A DNA stretch of 64,000 nt from an uncultured delta proteobacterium (GCA_963727445.1 CAVSGI010000013.1:209316-273315), one strand, 5' to 3'; positions 1 to 14,613 are shown, numbered from the stretch's first letter. Notes: generated from the letters alone by a model not told the origin. Translations and numbers: made by a program.

Positions 1-7
1 CCAGCGC

Positions 8-1345
8 TCAGTGACGAGCGTTGCCGGCCCAGTTCTCGTACTGCCAGCGCACCGTCTCGGCGGCGCCTTCGACCACCTGGTTCTGATTGAATCCGAGGGG
101 GCTCGCCAGGTAGATGCCGGGGGCGCCGCGGCGGTTCGAGGTGAAGGCGACGATGCGGCAGTCGGGTGACCACGCCGGGTCCTTGTTCATGCCCTGACCC
201 TGGGTGATGCGGGTGTAGGTGTTGGTCCCGACGTCGAGGGTGAAGATGTCGAGGGTGTGGTCGCGGCCGGTGAAGGCCAGGACGTTGTGCCCCGGGTGCG
301 GGCAGAAAGCCGGCGTCTGGTTGTGGGTGCCCTTGTAGGTGAGGCGCCGCTGGTTCGAGCCGTCCGCGTTCATCATCCAGATCTGCGGATTGCCGTGGCG
401 CGCGGAGACGAAGGCGACCTTGTCGCCGTGACAGGTGGGGCTCACGTCGATGGCGCGGTTGTTGGTGAGGCGGCGAAGGCCCGTGCCGTCGAGGTTGGCG
501 CTGTAGATCTCGCTGTTGCCGTCACGCGAGGAGACGAAGAAGACGCGGTCGTTGCAGATCGCGGGGGCCATGTTGAGCCCATCGCCCTGGATCAGCGGTC
601 GGCCGCGCAGAGCGGTGTTCGTGATGTACATCCCAGCCGGAGTGAGCACCGTCCACCAGATCTTGTTCCCCGGTCCGAAGCTCGGGAGCATCGCGATGCC
701 GCGGCCGTTGGTGACGCGGCGCGGATGAAAGCCGTCCATGTCCCCGCACATCACGTCCTTGCGCCCCGGACCGATGCGCTGTGCCCACGCCATGTGGGTG
801 CCGAAGGGGCCCGGGGTGCCGGTGATTGTGTCGAGGATCTTGTTGCCGAAGTCGTGCATCCAGCGGCGGAGCTGATCGGCGTTGCCGCGATAGGTCTCGC
901 TCACCACCGGCGCGTTGCCGCGCGCGAGATGGAAGTAGCGCAGCTCCACCGTGAGCGAGTCGCCCGACTCCTGGACCTGCCCCTTGATGACGCCGTGCGC
1001 CTGGAGCGAGCCCCAACGCGCGCGATCCATGCCGAGGCCCTCGGACTCCGTGTCGAAGTTGATCTGCCGCGGGCCGATGACCCGATAGCCGGGCATCAGA
1101 TGGAAGTCGCGTCGCAGGATGCCGCCGCCCTCGGAGCCCCAGCGCGCGGGGCCGACGAGATCCGGGATGCCGATCTTGACGACGTTGGACTCGATCGCGT
1201 CGACGTCGACGACCACGTCGGTGGGAAGCGGCGGCTCCTCGCCAGCCTGCTGCTGGCCGCCGGCCGTCCCGGCGACGACCACGAAGAAGGCCGCGGTCGC
1301 CGCGAAGAAGGTCAGGTGGATCGTTCGGCGCTTGGACTCGTTCAT
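8..1345 (-). CDS. tolB: Tol-Pal system beta-propeller protein TolB
   Basis: 445 aa; N-terminal signal peptide, TolB N-domain, C-terminal beta-propeller with repeated PDG/SPDG blades (FTSNRRGAPGIY, WSPD); last gene of a tolQ-tolR-tolA-like-tolB block. Confidence 0.85.
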   Translation of the reverse strand: MNESKRRTIHLTFFAATAAFFVVVAGTAGGQQQAGEEPPLPTDVVVDVDAIESNVVKIGIPDLVGPARWGSEGGGILRRDFHLMPGYRVIGPRQINFDTESEGLGMDRARWGSLQAHGVIKGQVQESGDSLTVELRYFHLARGNAPVVSETYRGNADQLRRWMHDFGNKILDTITGTPGPFGTHMAWAQRIGPGRKDVMCGDMDGFHPRRVTNGRGIAMLPSFGPGNKIWWTVLTPAGMYITNTALRGRPLIQGDGLNMAPAICNDRVFFVSSRDGNSEIYSANLDGTGLRRLTNNRAIDVSPTCHGDKVAFVSARHGNPQIWMMNADGSNQRRLTYKGTHNQTPAFCPHPGHNVLAFTGRDHTLDIFTLDVGTNTYTRITQGQGMNKDPAWSPDCRIVAFTSNRRGAPGIYLASPLGFNQNQVVEGAAETVRWQYENWAGNARH

Positions 1346-1355
1346 GGATCTCTCG

Positions 1356-2171
1356 TCAGCGGGGTGGGCTGAAGCTTATCGGAAACGACGTGCCGAAGTA
1401 GCGGTCTCTTTGGTCTTCGGGCGGGTCGCGGAGCTGGCTGCCCACCGCCTGCTCCATCCGAATGCGAACGGCGCTGTCGAAGTCGGCGTTCCCGCTCGGC
1501 CGGCTGATGCCGAAGCCCTCGATCTGCCCCGAAGGCGTGGTCCGCACACTGACCACGGCGCGCATGCCGCGGCGCTCCTCGTCGGTGATGCTGGTGGGCA
1601 TGTTGAAGCCGCGCCGAAAGAAGCCGTAGAGATAGGTGCCGTAGCGATCCCCCTCGTCGGCGTCGTAGGTCCCTTCGGCGACGCCGTCCGGATCCCCCTC
1701 CTGTTCGGCCTGGTTCGCGATCTGGGCGAGCTCGTCGGCGGTGGTGCCGATGCGCGACGCCAGATCGGCCAGCGAGTTCTCGGGGCCGGCGTCGGGGATC
1801 GGCACCCGCTCCGCGCCGTGTCGCGGCACCATGCTGGGCCGCTCGGGCGCCGTGGTGCGCGCCTCGCGGATGCGGTTCGGCAGCTCCCGGGGATCGAACT
1901 GGCGCCCGAGCTTGATCAGCCGCACCTCTTCGTAGTCGATCATCTGCACTTCGGGCGGCTTGGTGTCGAAGAGGACGTCGGCGTGGGTCCCGCGCGCGAG
2001 AGACGGCGTCAGGATGTGCACCAGGAGCAGGAGCGCGCCAAACGTCCCGTAGACGGCGATCGCCATCGCCGCCCCCACCATCACCTGGATCCAGTCGATC
2101 GGCCGGCGGTAGAAGAGCGAGTCCGGCTTGTGGTCGCCGTCGGCGACGTACATGGGCCTGAGAACCCCCAC
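1356..2171 (-). CDS. TolA/TonB-family energy transducer (TonB_C-like C-terminal domain, N-terminal TM anchor)
   Basis: 271 aa; single N-terminal TM helix, Pro/Glu-rich spacer, C-terminal TonB_C-like fold; sits between tolR and tolB. Confidence 0.6.
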   Translation of the reverse strand: MGVLRPMYVADGDHKPDSLFYRRPIDWIQVMVGAAMAIAVYGTFGALLLLVHILTPSLARGTHADVLFDTKPPEVQMIDYEEVRLIKLGRQFDPRELPNRIREARTTAPERPSMVPRHGAERVPIPDAGPENSLADLASRIGTTADELAQIANQAEQEGDPDGVAEGTYDADEGDRYGTYLYGFFRRGFNMPTSITDEERRGMRAVVSVRTTPSGQIEGFGISRPSGNADFDSAVRIRMEQAVGSQLRDPPEDQRDRYFGTSFPISFSPPR

Positions 2172-2651
2172 CTACTCGGTCTCCGTGCTCCCCGTATCCG
2201 CCGTCTGCGTGAGCGGGTCGGTGACCAACCCCATCTTCTCGATGCCGAGCTGGCGCACCAGCGCGAGCACCCGCACCACCTCGCCGTAGGGCACGGTCTC
2301 GTCCGCCTGGACGAAGACCTGCGACTTCTCGGTCACGCGTTCGTCGGTCTGAAGGAGCTGCTCGAGCTGGTCCAGGGTCACCTCGTCCTCGAAGAAGAAG
2401 AGCTTGGATACTGGACCCCCGGGCTGCCGCTCTTCTTGGGGAATCGCCTGGATCACCACCAGAGGCAGGTCCTCCTCGATCTCCATCCGAGGCGCCTCGG
2501 CGTTCGGCAGATCGACCTCGACGCCCGTGGTGAGCATGGGGGCGGTGATCATGAAGATGATGAGGAGCACCAGCATGACGTCGACCAGCGGCGTCACGTT
2601 GATCTCGGACAGGGGCGCGCGGCCGCCTCCTCCTCCGGTGCTCATGCCCAT
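2172..2651 (-). CDS. tolR: biopolymer transport protein TolR/ExbD
   Basis: 159 aa; motif PLVDVMLVLLIIFM typical of the ExbD/TolR family. Confidence 0.8.
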   Translation of the reverse strand: MGMSTGGGGGRAPLSEINVTPLVDVMLVLLIIFMITAPMLTTGVEVDLPNAEAPRMEIEEDLPLVVIQAIPQEERQPGGPVSKLFFFEDEVTLDQLEQLLQTDERVTEKSQVFVQADETVPYGEVVRVLALVRQLGIEKMGLVTDPLTQTADTGSTETE

Positions 2652-2661
2652 CGCGTCGTCC

Positions 2662-3414
2662 TCAGCTCGTCAGGAAGTGCCGGCGCACGATGTTGAGGTA
2701 GTCGCTGGAGAAGGCCTCCACCTCGGACTCGAGGACGGCGATCTTCCGCAGGAAGTAGTTGTAGGCCATGACCGCGGGGATCGCGGCGACGAGGCCGATG
2801 GCGGTGGCGATCAGCGCCTCGGCGATGCCCGGCGCGACCGTCGCGAGGCTCGCGTCCTGGGTCGTGCCGATGGCGATGAAGGCGCCCATGATCCCCCAGA
2901 CCGTGCCGAAGAGACCGATGAAGGGTGCGGTCGAGCCGGTGGTGGCGAGGACCGGCAGGAAGTTCTCGAGGCGGTTGAACTCGTTCGAGCGCGCGCGGCG
3001 CAAGGCGCGGTCGACGTTCTCGGTGTCGCCGCCCGCCGGGGACTGGCCGCTGGCGATGCGGGCCAGCTCCACGTAGCCAGCGCGAAAGACCGCCGCGACG
3101 GGGGAGCCGTCGAAGGTCTTGATCTGGCCGTAGACGCCTTCGAGTCGCTCGGCGTTCCAGGTGGCGCCCGACTCGCCCCAGAAGAGGTCGAGGAACTTGG
3201 AGCTCGCGCGCGACGCCTGCGCCAGGCGCACCAGCTTGGCGCCGATGATGAACCAGCAGCTGACGCTCATCAGCGCGAGCAGGAGCATGACCAGCTGGAC
3301 GACCGGCGACGCGTCGAGGACGAGCTTCCAGGGGTCGAGGGCCTCGGGGGCTGCCTCAGCCTCCTGAGCGGCCACCTGGAGGGTGACGAAATTCACGAGG
3401 ATCGAGTTCTCCAT
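2662..3414 (-). CDS. tolQ: MotA/TolQ/ExbB proton-channel protein TolQ
   Basis: 250 aa; three TM segments and the conserved TolQ/ExbB C-terminal region (TAPFIGLFGTVWGIM, IAEALIATAIGL). Confidence 0.8.
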   Translation of the reverse strand: MENSILVNFVTLQVAAQEAEAAPEALDPWKLVLDASPVVQLVMLLLALMSVSCWFIIGAKLVRLAQASRASSKFLDLFWGESGATWNAERLEGVYGQIKTFDGSPVAAVFRAGYVELARIASGQSPAGGDTENVDRALRRARSNEFNRLENFLPVLATTGSTAPFIGLFGTVWGIMGAFIAIGTTQDASLATVAPGIAEALIATAIGLVAAIPAVMAYNYFLRKIAVLESEVEAFSSDYLNIVRRHFLTS

Positions 3415-3509
3415 GGAGTGCCACGGGTTGAATCACGCCGGGTGATCCCGTGTCAATCCGGGCCTCCCCCGGACCGGCTAAAGGCCGGATATCCCTCCTG
3501 GAGCCCCTC

Positions 3510-4037
3510 TCACCAAGTGGTGCGGGTTCCGTCCTCTTCGACGAGGGTCATCGGGCCCTCTTGCATCTGGTTCGAGGCGTCCGTTCCCACCACCATCTCC
3601 ATCGTCTCGAACACGCCGTTGCCGTCGAGGTCACCTCGGGCGCGGAAGGTGTAGAGCGCCGGCTCGTTCGGGCCGTGGCTGCAGCTGCCGGGCGGCGCCT
3701 CGATCTCGTATTGGTAGTAGATCGGGTCGTAGGGCATGAAACCGAGCGCCTCGAAGGAAGGGGCGAGGGGCGGGGTGAGGACCTGTTTGTCGGCGTTCGG
3801 GGTGTTGGGGGTCACCGCCGGATCGACGGTGCATCCGAACTCGCCGTAATAGCTGCTCGCGCCGATGTAGAGTGTCGACAGGTTCGACCTCGCCTCCGAC
3901 CGTTTCGTTTGCGCGATGTAGTTCTGGTACGCCGGATAGCCGATGCCGGCGCAGACACAGATGCTGAGGACGCCGAGCACACCACAGCCCGCCGCGACGT
4001 AGATCAGCGGACTTCGTTTCTTCTTTTCTTCGGTCAT
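3510..4037 (-). CDS. type IV pilin-like protein with a non-canonical N-terminus
   Basis: ORF trimmed to internal start MTEEKKKRS (start coordinate approximate, +/-1). A hydrophobic N-helix is followed by YPAYQNYIAQTKRSEARSNLSTLYIGASSYY, which closely matches the pilin alpha1 consensus (IPAYQDYtARAQvSEa...eYY). No G|F(T)LIE prepilin cleavage motif. Confidence 0.45.
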   Translation of the reverse strand: MTEEKKKRSPLIYVAAGCGVLGVLSICVCAGIGYPAYQNYIAQTKRSEARSNLSTLYIGASSYYGEFGCTVDPAVTPNTPNADKQVLTPPLAPSFEALGFMPYDPIYYQYEIEAPPGSCSHGPNEPALYTFRARGDLDGNGVFETMEMVVGTDASNQMQEGPMTLVEEDGTRTTW

Positions 4038-4047
4038 CGGGCTCCCC

Positions 4048-4671
4048 TCAACGATCGGTCGCCTGCGTACGCGAACCGCGTCTCGGGCGCAACCCACCCA
4101 GATAGACGTCGTAGAGCGCCCTTCCCCAGGCCACCAACTCGCGCGCCTCGTGGACGCGGCGCTTCGCATAGACGTTGTGATCACAGGCGAGCCCGACGGC
4201 GTCGATCCCCTGAGCGCGCGCCAGAAAGACCGAGCGGTGCACGTGAAAGCGATTGGTGCAGATCACGGCATCCGAGACGCCGAAGCGCGTGGCCGCCCGC
4301 CGCATGGTGGCGAGCGTCCGAACGCCTCTCGGGTCGGCGACGATGTCCGCCTCGCGCACGCCGCGGACCGCGAGCCACCTGGTCATCACCGGGACCTGCT
4401 CCTCGTTTCCAGAGGCGACGACGCGCTCGACGCGATCCGCGCGGTAGAGCGCGAGCCCCGCACGAAGGCGATCGGCGAGGACCAGGCACGGCTGTCCGTC
4501 GCGCACGCCGCAGCCGAGCACGATGGCGAAGCGCCGCCGCGGTACGTCCTCTCGCTCGGCCCAGTCGTAGATCAGGCGCCGCGTCGTCAGGGGGCTGTGC
4601 ACGCGGGGAGTATGCGGCCGATCAGAGCAGCTCGTCGATCGCCGCGCGGAGGCGGTCCTCGTCGACCGCAC
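4048..4671 (-). CDS. DUF218 (SanA/YdcF/ElyC family) protein
   Basis: Pattern AIVLGCG...LY...VVASG...E...M..WL...GV....I..D..RTL..M..A......V.TNRFH..R matches the DUF218 core. Start uncertain (ORF start overlaps the upstream gene by 50 nt, so the true start is probably internal). Confidence 0.55.
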   Translation of the reverse strand: MRSTRTASARRSTSCSDRPHTPRVHSPLTTRRLIYDWAEREDVPRRRFAIVLGCGVRDGQPCLVLADRLRAGLALYRADRVERVVASGNEEQVPVMTRWLAVRGVREADIVADPRGVRTLATMRRAATRFGVSDAVICTNRFHVHRSVFLARAQGIDAVGLACDHNVYAKRRVHEARELVAWGRALYDVYLGGLRPRRGSRTQATDR

Positions 4672-5206
4672 CCACGTGCGACCATCGAATCTTGCCGTCC
4701 TCGTCGATGACGTAGGTGGTGGGGAGCTGCGTGACGCGATAGCGCTCGAAGGTCTCCGTGTCGGTCATGCCGATCGGATACTCCATGCCGAGGCCGACTG
4801 CGTGATGCGCCACGGCATCGAGCTCCGCGCGGTCGGCGCTGATCCCGATGACGCGCCCCCCGCGATTTGCGATGTGGTCGTGGATGCGGGTGAGCGCCGG
4901 GGCCTCGGCGCGACAGGGCGCGCACCAGGAGGCCCAGAAGTTCAGGACCACCACCTCCGGCTCGCCCTTCCCGAGGACGAAGGCCTCGCCGCTGGCGAGC
5001 TCGGCTTCGAGCGCCGGCGCCGCCTCTCCCTCTGGGACCAGGTTGGTGGAGCGGCCCAGGTGGCCGAAGGCGAGCCAGGCCGCCGCGGCGAGGAGCATCC
5101 ACGGCAGCGCGCGCCTCGCCCAGCCGCGCACGATGGACCTTTTCGATCGAGGCTCCTCGGCTTTGTCCATGGTCTTCGGCTCATCCTGCATGATCAGCAC
5201 CCCCAC
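4622..5206 (-). CDS. TlpA/ResA-family thiol-disulfide oxidoreductase (thioredoxin fold)
   Basis: 194 aa; N-terminal membrane anchor and WCAPC active-site motif in a thioredoxin-like region. Confidence 0.75.
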   Translation of the reverse strand: MGVLIMQDEPKTMDKAEEPRSKRSIVRGWARRALPWMLLAAAAWLAFGHLGRSTNLVPEGEAAPALEAELASGEAFVLGKGEPEVVVLNFWASWCAPCRAEAPALTRIHDHIANRGGRVIGISADRAELDAVAHHAVGLGMEYPIGMTDTETFERYRVTQLPTTYVIDEDGKIRWSHVGAVDEDRLRAAIDELL

Positions 5207-5233
5207 GATATGGTGGGGCCCCGCTTCACGTTA

Positions 5234-6832
<1,599 letters not shown>

Positions 6833-6833
<1 letters not shown>

Positions 6834-8230
6834 TGACCATGCGCCTCCTCGCTCCCCTCGCGGCCTTCGCGCTGGCTCTCGCCGGCTGCAATCCGGCCGC
6901 TTTCGACGACATCACACAGAGCGCGAGCACACGCACGCTGGGCCGCCCCGATGGGTTCAGCGCCGTCTTCGCCTTCGGCTCGGCCGTCGCGGGCTACGAG
7001 GTCACGGTCGACGGGCAGCGCGAGTCGCGGGTCGCGGTCGGCGGCGGCCCGGGCTCACCGGTCTACGTGTACAAAGCCTGGGCCTCGGGCGACTTCCACC
7101 TCGACGCCGCGCTCTTCAACACCTGCGATCACAACTGCACCGACGTCACCGACACTTCCTGCCAATGCCTCCCCGACAGCGGCGACGCCCTGCTCGGCAT
7201 TCCGGTGTGGCGCCCCGGGGACCCGATGCCGGGCGAAGCGTGCGTGATGGTCACCTCCGCGGCCCAGGGCGGCGTCACCGTCAAGTGCGAGAACAAGGCG
7301 GTCGCCGAGAAGGTCCCGGGCAGCCCGGCCACCCAGAACATCGACTTCGGAACCGCGGGGGTGGCGCTCGGGGTGGGGTTCGACCTGGGCGTTGCGCTGA
7401 TCGGCGCCCCCCGGGACAACGCGGGGGCCGGCGGCATCTACACGGTGGGAAACAACGCGACTCTGAGCGCGGTTCCCATCCCGGCCGGGACCGCGCCCCC
7501 CGGCTCGCACCTCGGCACCGACATCGATGCGGTGTCGATCGACACGATGCACGCCCTCGTCGCCACGACCGCACCCGAGGGCGGGCGCGTGGTCGTCATG
7601 TCGGTGATGGGTGATGGATCGGTGAACGTGCACGCGTGCATCGACGACCCCGGGGCTGGCTTCGCCGGGGCGGTCGCCCTCGGCGACGTCGACGGCGACG
7701 GGGCGACGGATGTGGTCGTCGGCACCGACGGCACGGGCCCGGACGAGATCTACGTCTATCCCGGCAGCGGAATGCCGTCGACGGATGGCTGCAGCGGTGA
7801 TTGGGGCGCGCCCCGCATCACCATCGCCTGCCCCACCATCGAGGGCTTCACCTGCAGCGCCTCGGCCTTCGGGACCGATCTGGCGGTGGGCGACATCACC
7901 GGCGACGGCATCGACGACATCGCCGTAGGCGCGCCGGCATCGATGGTCGGCGAGCAGGAGCACGCCGGCGCGCTCTTCTTCATCCCGGGGGCCCCCGGGG
8001 GCCCCGATGCGAGTCAGGCCACCGCGCGCAACCACAGCCAGCCGGGGGTGAACGACGAGCTCGGTAGCCACGTCGTCATGTTCCCCTCGGGGCTCGAGAC
8101 CACGCCGCGCATGGAGCCGGCCGCCTCGGCGGTGGGGCGCGAGGCGGTTCTTTCGTTCCTCTGCAGCGGTCTCGAAGGGGACACCCCCGCGAGCGCGGAT
8201 CGCGTGGGGGAGCGCTGCGCGCCGCGCTGA
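6833..8230 (+). CDS. FG-GAP/integrin-alpha-like repeat lipoprotein
   Basis: Start moved to [19 protein letters not shown] (lipobox LAGC). Contains Ca-binding-loop-like motifs [15 protein letters not shown] and [17 protein letters not shown] typical of FG-GAP repeats. Confidence 0.6.
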
Positions 8231-8240
8231 CCGACAGAAG

Positions 8241-11051
<2,811 letters not shown>

Positions 11052-11053
11052 GC

Positions 11054-12535
11054 TCAACGCACGAGGCCGCTCATGTCGTACTTCCCGTCGAAGTCGATGC
11101 CCATCGCTTCGCAGACCAGACTGTAGAGGTGCCCTTCACGCATCACCACGTCGCGATCGGGCTCACCGCTGGCGCCGTCGAAGCCGTAGGTGAGGCAGGT
11201 GTCGGGGTCGACGCCGCCGTACACCTGATTGCCGCGCAGCAGGGGTGAGACGAAGAGGCTGCCGTTGTTCAGGTGATGCCCCGAGCCGAAGGTCAGGCTC
11301 CCGGCGGGACGATCCTTGCTGCGGCCGAAGTCGGTGGCCACGTAGATCAGGCTCTGATCCCACATGCTCCCGCCGCCGTGGGGGACCTCCTGTAGGAGCT
11401 CGATCAGGCCATCCACCACCGACATCAGGCGGCCCCACATCATGTTCTGCGTCGGGACGTGGCTGCCGTGGGAGAAGTCGAAGGCGATGGGAGCGTCGGC
11501 CAGAGCGCCGCTCGGCAAGAAGGAGGGCTGAAAGCTCGGGCCGATGGTGATGGCCGACGAGATCCCATGCTTCGCCAACAGGAATCCGAGCGCCGCCTGG
11601 GTCTGAAGCGAGTCGGTGGCGAGGTTCGGGAAGACCTCGGTGAGACGGGCGAGGGTCGCGTCGTGCTCGGCGGAGAGCTCGATCCCGTACTCGCCCAGCG
11701 GGATGCCGGATGAGCTCGGCAGGAGGAGGAGCTTTTCGAGGAGCCCATCGGCCTCGATGCGCGGCTGGAGCTCGCCCCGGAGAGAGAGGTAGTCGCGCCG
11801 GAGCATGCTGTCCCCGAAGCGCTCGCCGAGTGGCGAGCCGTCCTCGAGGCGCTCGCGGACTCGGCGCGCACGCTCGATGAGCGCATCGTCGGGCGCGCCC
11901 TCGACGCCCCGGTAGCCGTGGGTGCCGACGGCGAAGAGGAAAGGGTCGTTGATGATCTGCGCACGCGCCGCGGTCGCGACGTCGGCGGCGTCGCCCGGCT
12001 CGACATAGCCACCGGCGCTCATGTTGCAGTTGGCGAGGAGCAGATCCTCGCCGGTGTGCTCCGCCATCCGCTCCATGATGGTGCGGCCGCCATCGATCCC
12101 CGCGCCGGTGATCGCGCGCTTCTGCGCGACCACGTGATTGACGCTGGTGTTCTCCACGGTCACCACGGCCATGTCGCGGTAGTGCTTCGAGACGAAGGTC
12201 GACAGGTCGTAGTCGGTCCGAAAGAAGGTCTCGATGCCGAGGTTCCGCACGCAGCGGATGTTCGAGCCAGAGGGCTGGACGATCGCCTCGTCCGGATAGG
12301 CGATGATGCGGTTGGCGATGGAAGGGCTCGACACCTCGCTCGCGGCGACGGGCAGGAAGCTGTCGATGATGCTGCCGCCGCCGGTCGCCGTGACCACGAA
12401 GAGGAAGCGCTGATCCGCGCGGGGCTGCGCTGCTGCGCGGCGACGGGTGAAGGAGAGCCCGCCCGAGAAGGCGGCGGCAGCCGCACCGAGGGCCCCGGCG
12501 CGGAGGAAGCTTCGACGGTTGAATCGCTTGGTCAT
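11054..12535 (-). CDS. DUF1501 family protein with twin-arginine (Tat) signal
   Basis: 493 aa; N-terminus MTKRFNRRSFLRAGALGAAAAA is a Tat motif, with sulfatase-like/DUF1501 architecture. The family assignment is from memory of the family pattern, not a database search. Confidence 0.6.
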   Translation of the reverse strand: MTKRFNRRSFLRAGALGAAAAAFSGGLSFTRRRAAAQPRADQRFLFVVTATGGGSIIDSFLPVAASEVSSPSIANRIIAYPDEAIVQPSGSNIRCVRNLGIETFFRTDYDLSTFVSKHYRDMAVVTVENTSVNHVVAQKRAITGAGIDGGRTIMERMAEHTGEDLLLANCNMSAGGYVEPGDAADVATAARAQIINDPFLFAVGTHGYRGVEGAPDDALIERARRVRERLEDGSPLGERFGDSMLRRDYLSLRGELQPRIEADGLLEKLLLLPSSSGIPLGEYGIELSAEHDATLARLTEVFPNLATDSLQTQAALGFLLAKHGISSAITIGPSFQPSFLPSGALADAPIAFDFSHGSHVPTQNMMWGRLMSVVDGLIELLQEVPHGGGSMWDQSLIYVATDFGRSKDRPAGSLTFGSGHHLNNGSLFVSPLLRGNQVYGGVDPDTCLTYGFDGASGEPDRDVVMREGHLYSLVCEAMGIDFDGKYDMSGLVR

Positions 12536-12548
12536 GGGGGCTCCGTGA

Positions 12549-13220
12549 TTAGAAGAAGAGGAATTCGGTGGTGGTGCCGATGGCGTAACAGGAGAGGACG
12601 TCGAGCTCGCGGCGGGTGACGGGGGCGCCCGCGTCGTCGACGGCGAGATCGTGGAGGGTCGAGAGCTCGTCTTCCGTGGGGTCGCGCGTCAGCAGGCGGC
12701 GGTAGAGCGTCGCCAGCTGAGCGTCGAAAGCGTCGCGCGTCGCTGCATCGCCGAGGTCGGCGGGGGTGTCACTCGGCACGAGGTCGGTGAAGACCTCTGG
12801 CGCGCCGGTCCCATCGCGGTCGACGCGGTTCTGACAGGAGATGAGCACCATGCGGTCGACAGCCATCGGCGTGGTCGCCATCGGCCGCGCCACTGGCACG
12901 TACTGCGCGTTGGCGAAGGGATCGTTGCCGCCGAGAGGAACGACGTGGATGTCGGAGCAGCGGAAGCGATCGACCTCGGCGCAGACCTCGGTGGGATCGA
13001 GGGCGAGCGCCGCGGCGAGGTCGCTCTCGAGGGCGTGGACGCGCTTCCAGTGAAGGGGCTCGGGGCGCGGGGCTTCGGCGGTGGGGTCGCATTCGAGGGG
13101 CGGCAGAGCGCCGCTGCCGCCGCCCGGGGGCGGACCGGCGGGCCCACCGATCTGGCCGTTGCAGGCGGCAGCCGCTGTGAGGATTGCGGCCACGATGGAC
13201 GCTCGGGTGGGACCTTTCAT
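12549..13220 (-). CDS. small lipoprotein (223 aa), hypothetical
   Basis: Start moved to MKGPTRASIVAAILTAAAAC (lipobox AAAC). Its ATG overlaps the upstream stop (ATGA overlap at about 13217-13220). Contains several Cys pairs. Confidence 0.5.
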   Translation of the reverse strand: MKGPTRASIVAAILTAAAACNGQIGGPAGPPPGGGSGALPPLECDPTAEAPRPEPLHWKRVHALESDLAAALALDPTEVCAEVDRFRCSDIHVVPLGGNDPFANAQYVPVARPMATTPMAVDRMVLISCQNRVDRDGTGAPEVFTDLVPSDTPADLGDAATRDAFDAQLATLYRRLLTRDPTEDELSTLHDLAVDDAGAPVTRRELDVLSCYAIGTTTEFLFF

Positions 13221-14613
13221 CGCGCACCTCCGAAGGTGTCGGTGTCCACCAGGCGGTGGATCATCCTGTTCATCGACCAGCCATCCTCGGGGAGCGCGCG
13301 CCACACCGCTTCGAGCGCGCGCGACTCCTGCGGCGTCGGCTCGCGATCCTCCACGTGGCGGAAGATCATCACCGCCAGGTTGCGTTTGAACTCGTCGGTG
13401 GCGACGGCGCGCTCCGCCCAATCGCGCACGTCCTCGACGGGCTCGCCGAGCACGTAGCTCTGATTGCCGCTCCAACCCGGGATGAGCGCCGCCGGGCGGG
13501 ACGCGACGTAGGTGCCGGTGTCGGCGCCACGGATGCCTTGGTAGCTGGCGAAGGCGTAGCTCAGCGGGTCGAGGGTGCGTGGCACTGCGCGCAGGTGGGA
13601 TCGGAGACGCCCTTGTCGTCGACGTCGACCGGCTCGCCGGCGATTGGGTAGAGGCCTTGTTGCCGCGCGATGTCGTTGCCGAGATAGGCGCGGTAGGCCT
13701 GGGCCGCCGTGGTCCGCGGCAGCGGGCTGAACATGGTGTTCAGCGAGAGGAACCACTGGGAGGTGATCATCCCGGCGCGTCGCTCGACGACGAGCGGCTG
13801 ACCACCGGCGCCGGAGCCGCGCGGTGAGCCGAAGGTGCCCTCGACCGGCTGCAGCGTTCCGTCGGCGAGCCTCTGTACGTGGTAGTCGGCCAGGAGGAGA
13901 TCGCGAACGTCGCGGTCGCCGGTCATCACGTAGGAGAAGAGGCGGTAGTCCCACTCGTAGTCGCCGATCACGATGCCGACCGGGGAGTCGATCCCGACCG
14001 CGCTGATCGGACGGATCTTGGCGTCGGCCATCCGCGCGAGCGCCTCATCGCGCCAGTAGTCGCTGGCGAGGCAGTCGTCGACGCGACTGTGGAGGCGGTC
14101 GTAGAGGGTCGCGCGATCGAGTGCGTCGCCGTCGAAGCGAGAGAGCTCGTCGTAGTTCGGCGAGCGACCGCAGAGCTGGACCGAGGCCTTTCGGAGCGCG
14201 CGCTCGAAGTCGTAGCTCTCGGCGACCGGCACCGAGCCATCGCTCGGGGCCGATGGCGGGCAGTAGAGCCAGAAGTCGTTCGGGTCGCCGGGGCCGGTGC
14301 CGGCCTCGATCTCGTAGATGTTGGCCACCCCGTCACCGTCGGCATCGAGAGACTCGATGGTGCTGAGCGCGCGGGGGAGGTCGACCTCGAAGTCGTCCTC
14401 GAGCGCGCCCAGGACCTGGAGCCCGAAGGGGTTCCAGCCGACTGGCGAGGTCGAGGTGTGGCAGGTGGTGCAGTCGACCATGCGTCCCGCACAACCCACC
14501 GCATCTGGGTAGGTCTCGCAGAAGAGGTGAGGGCCGATGGGCCGCGCGGCCGCCGGTGCAGCCACCGTGAGCATCGGTGCGATCAGGGCGAAGAGGAGGA
14601 GGGGCTTCTTCAT
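13217..14613 (-). CDS. secreted DUF1800/DUF1549-like partner protein of DUF1501, with two CxxCH motifs and an apparent frameshift
   Basis: N-terminal 350 aa (ORF 13561..14613) has a signal peptide and CTTCH, and ends in CAQCH. The coding sequence continues in another frame (ORF 13217..13954, ...LDPLSYAFASYQGIRGADTGTY...) down to the stop at 13217. The DUF1501-adjacent position is the basis for the family guess. Confidence 0.45.

Noticed and set aside
12889-12904. tGGcacgtactgcGCg, a GG-N10-GC sigma-54 -24/-12-like match
   Set aside because: It lies inside a coding region on the strand opposite to the gene with no downstream target; most likely chance in GC-rich DNA.
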